A DNA stretch of 64,000 nt from an uncultured Candidatus Micrarchaeota archaeon (lineage in GTDB: Archaea > Micrarchaeota > Micrarchaeia > Anstonellales > Bilamarchaeaceae), in contig OY970229.1 in the NCBI GenBank assembly GCA_963714085.1, positions 416,001-480,000 on the forward strand, read 5' to 3'. The notes under the pieces were generated by a model that worked only from the letters and a program-made list of their open reading frames with translations, ran no database searches and was not told the origin of the DNA. The translations under genes and the position numbers were made by a program. Every line of letters starts with the position of its first letter. The stretch's first letter is position 1. Of this stretch, positions 20,067 to 28,464 are shown in pieces.

Positions 20067-20956
20067 AGACGCTCAAGTTGCTCGCCACGCAGATCGGCGG
20101 CGAGATCGGAGGGGACGTGAAGGAGGCGTTCGCGGACATATCCTATTTCGTCCGCAGGGGGCACAGTGTGTGCGGCGATTCGGCGTTCGTGCACGTGGAC
20201 GACTCGAAGGTGGTCGCGGCGGTGCTGGACGGCGTGAGCGGCGAGGAGGGCGCGGACCACGCGTCTTCGGTGGCCGCTGTGGCGATCGTGAACTATCTCA
20301 GGGGCATTGCGGCGCCGGACAAGGACGATATACAGGACGCGTTCGTGAAAGCGCACATCAACCTCTCCTTCGGGCTCACCACCGTGGTGCTTGCCGTGAT
20401 AATGAAGGATGGGAGGTTCCTGTGCGGCTCGGTGGGCGACTCGATGGCCTATTCGCTCGACACGAAGGGGACCGTGAGGCTGGAGCTGCCGGGGGCCAGG
20501 GTGGTCGGGCCGGGCACGCCGATCCTGCGCTTCCTGATGTACAGGAACGTGGTGCCTGCGGCGCTCGGCATGCAGGGCGGCATGGAGATACTCTTCAAGC
20601 AGGGGGAGCTGAGGCAGGGGGATTCCATCCTGCTAATGAGCGACGGCGTGACGGACAACCTCACCATCTACGTGGAGGATGGCGTGGTGAAGGACTGCGG
20701 CGGCGCCAAGGACCTCGCCCTGATGGTGGAGGGTGCGAAGGACACGAGGTCCGTCGTGAGGCGCATACGGGACGAGGTGGTGAAGAGGATGGAGGAGAGG
20801 TACGACATCCGGGACCCGGACCGTGTGCTGGTCGCCAAAAAGGACGACGTGGCGCTGATAGGCATCAGGTACACCGGAACCGGCATCGTCGGAGCGGGGG
20901 TTGGACGCCCGTCTAAGATTAGACGCGCGTCAAAGAAAAAAAGGAAAGGTTTATAA
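20063..20956 (+). CDS. PP2C-family Ser/Thr protein phosphatase
   Basis: CGDS, VLDGVSG, SVGDS, LMSDGVTDN, DD motifs; ATGA overlap with trm1 stop. Confidence 0.88.
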   Translation: MKTLKLLATQIGGEIGGDVKEAFADISYFVRRGHSVCGDSAFVHVDDSKVVAAVLDGVSGEEGADHASSVAAVAIVNYLRGIAAPDKDDIQDAFVKAHINLSFGLTTVVLAVIMKDGRFLCGSVGDSMAYSLDTKGTVRLELPGARVVGPGTPILRFLMYRNVVPAALGMQGGMEILFKQGELRQGDSILLMSDGVTDNLTIYVEDGVVKDCGGAKDLALMVEGAKDTRSVVRRIRDEVVKRMEERYDIRDPDRVLVAKKDDVALIGIRYTGTGIVGAGVGRPSKIRRASKKKRKGL

Positions 20957-20978
20957 ACGAAAAAATCGCAACTTCTAT

Positions 20979-21285
20979 GTCGGTGCGGGCTGAATGGCCC
21001 TACGGGGCTTAAGAAAACCGCGCCGGCCGTATGACCGTTTTTCGCGGTCACATGAAAAAACTGATGCCGGGCCGGTGGATAACCGGGCGATGCTGGCTTA
21101 GACCCTTTTATCGGGAAAACGCCAAATCGTCTGCTGGAATGGAATTATCCGTCCAAAACCGCTCCGGCTACAGGGAAAAACAAGGCCGAACCGGTGGATA
21201 GTGGGCGAGGCTGGCTTAGACCCTTTTATCGGGAAAACGCCAAGCGTCTGCTGGAATGGAATTATCCGTCCAAAACCGGTTCGGG
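20979..21285 (+). ncRNA. Candidate structured non-coding RNA (hairpin domain plus two tandem structured units)
   Basis: TTTATAAA at 20950..20957; 10-bp stem with G-U pairs enclosing a cUACGg hairpin; two repeats with differing but paired closing stems. Confidence 0.5.
21066..21285 (+). repeat. Tandem direct repeat of about 100 bp (21066..21168 and 21185..21285)
   Basis: Two identical 34-nt blocks shared: gctggcttagacccttttatcgggaaaacgccaa and cgtctgctggaatggaattatccgtccaaaaccg. Confidence 0.92.
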
Positions 21286-21452
21286 GATGATTCGAATTCT
21301 GATGGTTTGCATAGGCTTACTGAATGGCTTATCCTGCGATTTTTCCGGAGTAGCGACACACTAAAACACCGAATGCCATGGAAAATGCGCTGGAAACAAG
21401 CGGGAAGCAGCCGTATCTACGGTATTTAAACATTTCCGATGAAAGCACTCTT

Positions 21453-21884
21453 ATGGGTTCAGAATTGAAAGTAGGAGACATCATGACCAAAAAGGTCGTC
21501 GTCGTCCCTACGGGCTCCGGCCTCCTGGACACCGCCAAGCTGATGAGGAAGAACGAGATAGGTTCCATAATCGTCGTCGAGGGCGCTGAAGGGAAGCGGG
21601 CCAAGGGCATCATCACCGAGAGGGATATCGTTCACAAGGTCATAGCGAAGAACCTCGACCCCTACAGGTCGAAGGTCGATGAGGTTATGTCCAAGCCCCT
21701 CAGGGTGGTCAAGCCGGAGACGACGATCGAAGAAGCCGCGAAAGCGATGAGGGAGAACCGGATAAAGCGGCTCCCCGTCGTGAATGACGATAATGAGTTG
21801 ATAGGCATCATAAGCGAGGGGGACATCATGAAGATATTCCCCATAGTGGTCGACCTCATAGAGGAAAGGGCCACGCTGGGTTGA
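21453..21884 (+). CDS. CBS-domain pair protein
   Basis: KVGDIMTK, GIITERDI, IKRLPVV, GIISEGDI; TTTAAA box about 25 nt upstream of ATG. Confidence 0.93.
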   Translation: MGSELKVGDIMTKKVVVVPTGSGLLDTAKLMRKNEIGSIIVVEGAEGKRAKGIITERDIVHKVIAKNLDPYRSKVDEVMSKPLRVVKPETTIEEAAKAMRENRIKRLPVVNDDNELIGIISEGDIMKIFPIVVDLIEERATLG

Positions 21885-22099
21885 AAGACCCCTCTTATGT
21901 CGTTCATGCGCTGTGCATGGATGGCCGCCCGAGCTATAAGCTTTGAAGGAACCGTCCATCCCGCGAGGGATGGTGGGCCGGTGCGCAAAACGCCCCGGAT
22001 GGTCAACAGTGCACAGTGCCGTGGTCAGGCCGTGGTTCCCCTCTAATTCTGTACCCGCAAGTGATAAACGTGGCTACACGGACATGAAAGGTGAAAATT

Positions 22100-23470
22100 A
22101 TGGCAAAGACGTACATAGATACAGTGAAATATCTCGTATACACCAACGTCGACATCGGCGGCCTGGTGGAGAAGCCCGACGTGGTCGGCGCGATATTCGG
22201 CCAGACCGAGGGCCTGCTGGGCGACGAGCTCGACCTCAGGGACCTGCAGAAGAACGGCAGGATCGGCAGGATAGAGGTCGACCTCAACGGCAGGGAGGGC
22301 AGGACCGTGGGAACGATAAAGATACCCAGCTCCCTGGACATGGTGGAGACCTGCATAATCGCGGCGGCGCTCGAGACAGTCGACAGAATAGGGCCGTGCG
22401 AGGCCAGGCTCAAGGTAATGAAGGTGGAGGACACGCGGAACCTCAAGAGGAAGGCCCTCGTGGACCGCGCAAAGAGCCTGCTCAAGAACCTGCTCGTGGA
22501 CGAGATACCAGAGAGCAAGGAGATATCCGACATGGTCCGCGACGAGGTCAAGATGGCCGAGATCGTGGAGTACGGACCGGAGCGCCTCTCAGCAGGGCCG
22601 GGCGTGGCCAGGAGCGACGAGCTCATCCTGGTAGAAGGCAGGGCGGACGTGGTGAACATGCTCAAGAACGACATCACCAACGTGATCGCCATAGGAGGCG
22701 CCAAGGTGCCCCGCAGCATCCCGGAGCTCTCCAGGAAGAAGGAGGTCACCGCGTTCCTGGACGGCGACCGCGGAGGGGACATCATCCTCAACGAGCTCGT
22801 GCAGGGAGGCGTGGAGGTCGAATTCGTCGCACGCGCGCCCCAGGGCAAGGAGGTCGAGGAGCTGACACGGAAGGAGCTCATAAAGTGCATCCGCTCCAAG
22901 GTGCCCTTCGAGGACAGCGCGTCGCAGAAGCCGAAGAAATACGAGGAGAGGCCGGATTTCAGGAAGAAGTTCCAGCAGCCTAGGAGACCGGAGTTCCAGG
23001 CCAGGGACGAACAGGCCGTGCCCGACGAGCCGGACAGGCCCTCCGAACCGATAGAGTTCGAGAGGCTGGACAGCCCGACGGTCGTGGACAAGCCGATAAT
23101 CCTTGAACCGGCTCCAGTGCCGGGTCCGATGCCCCTGCCAAGGCAGGCGCCGAGGATGATCGAGCCGGCTCCGAGGCCAGGGCTCGACATGCAGTTCCTG
23201 ATGAGGGAGCTCGACGGCCTGAACAACACGCTGAGCGCGAAGTTCTACGGCGCGGGGAGCGAGAAGATGGCGGAGATGAAGGTCAGGGACGTGATAAAAT
23301 CGCTGGAGGACAGCAGGGACGTCCAGGCCATAGTCTTCGACGGCATCATAACCCAGCGCCTCGTGGACCTGGCCGCCAACAAGGGCGTGAAGGTGCTTGT
23401 CGGCGTGAAGATCGGCAACGTGAACAAGAGGCCGGCTGGCATCGAGATCGCGACCAAGAGCGGCGGATGA
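22100..23470 (+). CDS. dnaG: Archaeal DnaG-like protein (TOPRIM; exosome-associated)
   Basis: VEKPDVVGAIFGQTEGLLG, VEGRADV, DGDRGG, FDGIITQRLVD. Confidence 0.97.
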   Translation: MAKTYIDTVKYLVYTNVDIGGLVEKPDVVGAIFGQTEGLLGDELDLRDLQKNGRIGRIEVDLNGREGRTVGTIKIPSSLDMVETCIIAAALETVDRIGPCEARLKVMKVEDTRNLKRKALVDRAKSLLKNLLVDEIPESKEISDMVRDEVKMAEIVEYGPERLSAGPGVARSDELILVEGRADVVNMLKNDITNVIAIGGAKVPRSIPELSRKKEVTAFLDGDRGGDIILNELVQGGVEVEFVARAPQGKEVEELTRKELIKCIRSKVPFEDSASQKPKKYEERPDFRKKFQQPRRPEFQARDEQAVPDEPDRPSEPIEFERLDSPTVVDKPIILEPAPVPGPMPLPRQAPRMIEPAPRPGLDMQFLMRELDGLNNTLSAKFYGAGSEKMAEMKVRDVIKSLEDSRDVQAIVFDGIITQRLVDLAANKGVKVLVGVKIGNVNKRPAGIEIATKSGG

Positions 23471-23502
23471 TTTTTCTTTTTTCTTATCTTTATTTTCCTT
23501 TA
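23471..23502 (+). terminator. T-rich archaeal terminator-like tract
   Basis: Oligo-T runs immediately after the dnaG stop, between convergent genes. Confidence 0.5.
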
Positions 23503-23531
23503 TTGTAGGCAATTCCTGCCAGTACCCGCAG

Positions 23532-25316
23532 CTACCTGATTTTTTGGGGGATGACCCCGCGCTGGAACTTGTTGGATTCGACGTCATAGGTCACGTTTCT
23601 TATTTTCCCGTTTTTTTCTAAATCGTATGTTGACAGGCTGCTGGGTACGGTCGGCGCGAACAAGTCCGCTCCCCAGACCCTGGAGAGCAGCGCTCCGATG
23701 GATTTCTCGTCTTGCCCGGTCGAGCAGGATTCCAAGATGACGGTCGGCTTATCTACGAAATATTGCTTGACCGCGGCCAGCTTGGGGCCGTCCGTGAGGT
23801 CGAGCGTGTTCTCGTCCCTCAATGGGCTGAGTGGGGGTTTGCCAAGGAGTATCCGATCCGGTGATCCGTGCCCGGCTATCAGCATCGTGTCTATCTTTCC
23901 ATAATCGCCGGACATCTCCTTGATTCTCGCGTAGACCTCCTTATCGGAGTTGACCTCGACTACGACCACGTTGTAATATTTCATGAGGGATTCCAATTGC
24001 CCTCCGACACGGTAAAAGGCGCCGGGCGGATCGCTTTTACTGAAGACGGCGAGCAGCACCGGCTTGCTGTTCGCGACCTTGTTGCTCATGTCCTCGAGCT
24101 GTTTTTTGGAATACCTGCCGAAATACTCTATTCCGAACTTGCGGTTCAGAAGTTTTGTTTTCTCCTCGCCTATCGTGGCTATCCCATAGGCGAAGTTCGC
24201 GCACACCTCCACGCTGGATTTCGGTATGCCGAGCGAGGATGCGAGCTTTTGCGCCTTCGGATAATGGTCTATGTATCTCACAACCAATTCGATGAACTCG
24301 TACGGAGGAGTCGGCGCCTTGCCCGCTGATTCAAGAGGTGCGAACAAGGGGAACGCTTCTTTGGCGTATTCCCTTATCTTCCTGAACGCATCCACCACTG
24401 CCTGCGGATTCTGGAGGAACAGACGCACTATGCCTTTATCCGGCCGGGGATCCTGGAATGCCTTGAAGACATAGCCGGTCAGGCGCGCGGCGCTTTTGGA
24501 GATTTCCACGAACTCGTTCGGGTAGCGGACGAACAATCCGGCAATCTCTGCCAGTTCCTCAAAGGCGTTGGTGGCCCTGTCGCGGGTCCGGATGTCGTCG
24601 CCCCCGGAGGAATGTTTTATTGATTTGAATGAATCGAGCAGAAGCCGCTTGTTTTTGTCAAGCATGGGGCCGAACCGGGTAAGCGCGCCCAGGATGGCTG
24701 GGGTGGCTTCGCCCGCATAGCCGCACATCTCCACGACCGCATCCATGTGCTTGACGAATATTTTCGCTATTACCGGATTGGCGAGGTTCGCGAAGGCCTC
24801 CACCCTCCGCTCGGCTGCCCGGGCGGAGATGGCTTTCTCTTCAGGAAGCATGAACTCTTTCGGGATCGTGGAGATTCCGCCGATGCAATCCGAGATGCGC
24901 CTGAACGCGCCCAATACCGCCTTCGGATCCTTGACGAACGCATCGCCGAGCTCGGTCTTCTCGAGCGCGTCGAACGCCCCGCCGTCTGCACTGTTCCCCC
25001 TGCCGCCTTCCCTCACGTACTCAGCCATTTTCATAAGCGTATTGGCGGTCTGCTCCGGCTTTTCCACGAACGCCTTCGCGATCTTCTCGTTCCTGAGGAC
25101 CTTGAAAGCGAACTCCCATCCGGTGAAGTTTATCGCGTAGTCCTTGTGCTCCTGGGCGTGCTTTCTTATCTTGGCAGCTGCCGCAACGACCTCTTCGAGC
25201 TTTTTCGGGTCTTTTGATTTGACGATGAGGTTGACGACGGTATCCGGAATGCCCTTCCCGAGCCTTTGCTTGACATAAGCGGAATCGAATTCCTGTTTTG
25301 CGACTTGAGAGGCCAT
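23532..25316 (-). CDS. Helical-repeat protein with C-terminal clan CD (caspase-like, C80/DUF4347-like) cysteine protease domain
   Basis: TMLIAGHGSP and TVILESCSTG strand-His-Gly and strand-Cys motifs about 48 aa apart. Confidence 0.68.
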   Translation of the reverse strand: MASQVAKQEFDSAYVKQRLGKGIPDTVVNLIVKSKDPKKLEEVVAAAAKIRKHAQEHKDYAINFTGWEFAFKVLRNEKIAKAFVEKPEQTANTLMKMAEYVREGGRGNSADGGAFDALEKTELGDAFVKDPKAVLGAFRRISDCIGGISTIPKEFMLPEEKAISARAAERRVEAFANLANPVIAKIFVKHMDAVVEMCGYAGEATPAILGALTRFGPMLDKNKRLLLDSFKSIKHSSGGDDIRTRDRATNAFEELAEIAGLFVRYPNEFVEISKSAARLTGYVFKAFQDPRPDKGIVRLFLQNPQAVVDAFRKIREYAKEAFPLFAPLESAGKAPTPPYEFIELVVRYIDHYPKAQKLASSLGIPKSSVEVCANFAYGIATIGEEKTKLLNRKFGIEYFGRYSKKQLEDMSNKVANSKPVLLAVFSKSDPPGAFYRVGGQLESLMKYYNVVVVEVNSDKEVYARIKEMSGDYGKIDTMLIAGHGSPDRILLGKPPLSPLRDENTLDLTDGPKLAAVKQYFVDKPTVILESCSTGQDEKSIGALLSRVWGADLFAPTVPSSLSTYDLEKNGKIRNVTYDVESNKFQRGVIPQKIR

Positions 25317-25320
25317 GGCG

Positions 25321-25734
25321 TCATTCCCCGATGACTTTTATCAGCACCCTCTTCTTCCTCTGGCCGTCGAACTCGCAGTAGAATACCTGCTCCCATGGCC
25401 CGAGGTCCAGCTTTCCGTCCGTTATTGGCATCACGACCTGGTGTCCCATGAGCTGGCGCCAGATGTGCGATGCTGCGTTGTCCTCCCCGGTGTCGTTGTG
25501 GCGGTAATAAGCCTCATAGGGCACGAGCCGCTCGAGGATCGCGAGATAATCCTTCTGCAAGCCGGGTTCGTCGTCGTTCACGATGACCGCGGCGGTTATG
25601 TGCATGGGATTGACCAGCACGAGGCCGTCCTTTACCCCGGATTTCGAGACCGCGTCTTGCACCCTGTCGGTTATGCGGACGAATTCGAGCCGCGCGCGTG
25701 TCTCCATAGCGAGGTATTCGGTTCTCGTTTTCAT
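25321..25734 (-). CDS. yjbQ: YjbQ/UPF0047 family protein
   Basis: HITAAVIVND, YRHNDTGEDNAASH, LDLGPWEQVFYCEFDG. Confidence 0.93.
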   Translation of the reverse strand: MKTRTEYLAMETRARLEFVRITDRVQDAVSKSGVKDGLVLVNPMHITAAVIVNDDEPGLQKDYLAILERLVPYEAYYRHNDTGEDNAASHIWRQLMGHQVVMPITDGKLDLGPWEQVFYCEFDGQRKKRVLIKVIGE

Positions 25735-25769
25735 AAGTATTTTATTGCTGTGGGGGCTTAATAAAACTG

Positions 25770-27030
25770 ATGAAACCGACGATAGCCATAGAGACCTACG
25801 GCTGCACCATGAACCAGGCGGATTCGGACACGATAGAGGCTATACTCGAAGGCCTCGGATACCAGCCCGGCCGGACGGATGACGCGGACGTGCTCATCCT
25901 CAACACCTGCACGGTGAAAGGCCCGACTGAGAACAAGATACTGGAGCGGATAAAGAGGCTCGGCTCCCTCCATAGGAAGCTGGTCGTGGCCGGCTGCATG
26001 GCAGCCAGTGCGGCCAAGCTGCGGAGATTCACCGGCGCGCCCATAGTCTGGCCAGGAGCGATACACAGGATCGGCGACGCGGTCGAGGACGCGCTCTGCG
26101 GCCAGGCGACTGAGTACAAGGAGCCCGGCAGGAAGGACGGCCTGCCTTTCCTGGTGACAAAACCGATAATGCGGCTCGCCATAGCCGAGGGCTGCACCGG
26201 CGCCTGCACCTATTGCCAGACCAAACTGGCCAGGCCCGGGCTGCGGAGCATGAGCCCGCAGGTGGTCCTCTCGCGTATCGAGCAGGGCGTGCGGCAGGGG
26301 GCCAAGGAGGTCCAGATCAGCGCCATGGACACCGGCGCCTACGGGCTGGACATCAAGAGCGACCTTCCGGCCCTCCTGGGCTGCGTGAACCGAATGGAGG
26401 GCGGCTTCATGGTCAGGGTCGGCATGATAAACCCGGACCATTGCCTGAGGATGAAGGACGCGCTGCTCGAAGAGTTCAAGGGCCCGCGGTTGTACAAGTT
26501 CCTGCATGTCCCGGTCCAGTCAGGCAGCGAGCGGGTGGTGAGGGACATGGGGAGGAAGCACAGCGTCGCTGATTTCGAATCCGTGGTCGCGGGCTTCAGG
26601 GATGCCATCCCGGACCTGGCCATAGCGACGGACGTCATCGTCGGCTATCCGACCGAGACCGAAGAGGATTTCCAGGACACCATCAGGATGCTGGAGCGGG
26701 TGAAGCCGGATGTCACCAACCTGTCAAAGTTCAGCCCCAGGCCCGGAACCAGGGCTAAGGAGCTGAAGCAGCTGGACAGCGGCGAGGTTAAGAGGCGCAG
26801 CCTGGCGGTGGCGCCGCTGGTGCGGAGGATCTGCGCAGAGAGGAACCAGGCGCTCGTGGGAAGGGAGTTCGAACGTGCTCATCACAGAAAGGCAGCGCGA
26901 TTTCACCGGCCGGACCCCGTCTTACAAGCAGGTCGTTGTGAAGGGAGCGGATTGCACGCTCGGCCAAGTGCTGAGGATGAGGATCACGCGGGCGAACCAC
27001 GGCTCGCTTTTCGGGGAGCCCGTTGATTAG
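25770..27030 (+). CDS. mtaB: Radical SAM tRNA methylthiotransferase (archaeal MiaB-like/MtaB), frameshifted near 26873
   Basis: TYGCTMN, NTCTVK, AGC, CTGACTYC; TRAM domain continues in the +1 frame to TAG at 27030. Confidence 0.9.
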
Positions 27031-27033
27031 CAT

Positions 27034-27561
27034 TTACCTGTAGACATAGACTTCCAGCGTGACCAGGTGATCCGGATTATTCGTATCCGAAGTGACCAGC
27101 GTGGCGACCCTTGTTATCTTGGCGACTTCGTCCTTGTTGTCGGAGAATCCGGACACGGTCGGGTCATCACCGAGTTTATAGACCGTCTTGTCGATCTGGT
27201 CCGTGACCACTATGGACACGTTGTAGGGAGAGTCGAGGTACGTCTTGAGCTGGTCCGGCGAGAACTTGTCGGCTACGGCGCAGTTTAGCACCGAACCGTT
27301 TATCCTCTGGTCGCTCCATGACGAGGCGAACCCGAGCTGTTTGAATCCATTCGTACAGTCCCCGGCCGGCGGCTGGAAAAGCATGTCCGAGATGTGCGAC
27401 GCGCTCTGGCTCAGGTCATTAGTCTGGTAATCCAGGTACGTCCTCACGCTGTTCCAATAGGAGAGCAGCATGATAAGGGTAAGCACGAATATCACTGTAG
27501 CCACTATCGCATCGAAGCTGAAATACTGGCCTTTCCGGTAACCGTGCAAGCGGATCATCAT
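27034..27561 (-). CDS. Type IV pilin-like protein (class III signal peptide)
   Basis: RKG/QYFSFDAIVATVIFVL prepilin motif plus hydrophobic helix. Confidence 0.82.
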   Translation of the reverse strand: MMIRLHGYRKGQYFSFDAIVATVIFVLTLIMLLSYWNSVRTYLDYQTNDLSQSASHISDMLFQPPAGDCTNGFKQLGFASSWSDQRINGSVLNCAVADKFSPDQLKTYLDSPYNVSIVVTDQIDKTVYKLGDDPTVSGFSDNKDEVAKITRVATLVTSDTNNPDHLVTLEVYVYR

Positions 27562-28049
27562 GAAGCACCGTTGGATATTTTGAGTACACTGCCGTCGTTG
27601 CTGAGCGTGAGGATGTCGGAGCAGCCCGGCGCGGAGCTATCGAACACGTAGACGCTGCCCACCGTATCCGGGGATGTGACGGCCGTTATGCAGTTTCCGA
27701 ATGCATAATTGTAATAAGGAAGGGCGTAGGACTGGCTGAAGTTGCCGTAGGTGCCCTGCCAGTCAAGGACCATGACGTGCTCGTTCGGGGAGAACTTGAG
27801 CGTGTAGGGGCTTTGCATTATGGTCCTGGGGAAGGTGTAGTTGTACGTGAACCCGTTCCCGTTCTGGACCGCCATGGCTATGGACGAGGCGAACACCTGC
27901 CCGGTGTTCATTGCGATCGTCCCCTCGGTCTGCGGTATCTCGCTGCTCTCCACCGTGCTGATCACGAAGTACGCGGCTATGGCCATGAACAGGAACACGG
28001 AGACGTAGAGGAAGAACTCGGCCGCGACCTGGCCCTTGCGGCTAGCCAT
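27558..28049 (-). CDS. Type IV pilin-like protein (class III signal peptide)
   Basis: RKG/QVAAEFFLY with E at +5. Confidence 0.85.
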   Translation of the reverse strand: MASRKGQVAAEFFLYVSVFLFMAIAAYFVISTVESSEIPQTEGTIAMNTGQVFASSIAMAVQNGNGFTYNYTFPRTIMQSPYTLKFSPNEHVMVLDWQGTYGNFSQSYALPYYNYAFGNCITAVTSPDTVGSVYVFDSSAPGCSDILTLSNDGSVLKISNGAS

Positions 28050-28464
28050 TGATGATCACCTGGCCTCCCGAATTCGTGACGTTGAGGTCTATGAGCCCCG
28101 CCTTCCCGGTCAGCGTGGGCACGCCGGACACGTTGGCGAACACCGGCGCGGTACCGTCGTACTCCCCTGAGGACGTCTTTATGTCCACAACCACCTCGCC
28201 GTCGTTTATGGATATCTCCTGCGTGCTGGTGGGCGCGTTGAGCAGCACCACGCGCTTGGCACCGTCGCCCTGCGCGTAGACGTTGTTTATGCTGTCCGCG
28301 AGGGAGCGTGCGCTCGCATCGGCCTGGTCCTTGGCCGCCTTCTCGTAGCCGACCGAAGAGACCGAGAGCAGCAGGAAGACCACCGGGATGGTGAATGCTA
28401 TGACCACGCCTATGGTGATGAGCATCTCCATGGACGCCTGCCCGCGCATGTGTTTTGGAGCCAT
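28042..28464 (-). CDS. Type IV pilin-like protein (class III signal peptide)
   Basis: RG/QASMEMLITIGVVIAF canonical archaeal pilin N-terminus. Confidence 0.88.
   Translation of the reverse strand: MAPKHMRGQASMEMLITIGVVIAFTIPVVFLLLSVSSVGYEKAAKDQADASARSLADSINNVYAQGDGAKRVVLLNAPTSTQEISINDGEVVVDIKTSSGEYDGTAPVFANVSGVPTLTGKAGLIDLNVTNSGGQVIING

Noticed and set aside
21066..21285. CRISPR array, tRNAs, SRP/RNase P RNA, known riboswitch or ribozyme
   Set aside because: Only two long units with no unique spacers and no cas genes; no cloverleaf; the conserved cores I recall for these families (hammerhead, twister, Moco, H/ACA with ACA after each hairpin) are not fully present.
20957..21452. Replication origin
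   Set aside because: No convincing ORB consensus with G-string and no cdc6/orc1 gene adjacent; cannot be excluded without skew analysis.
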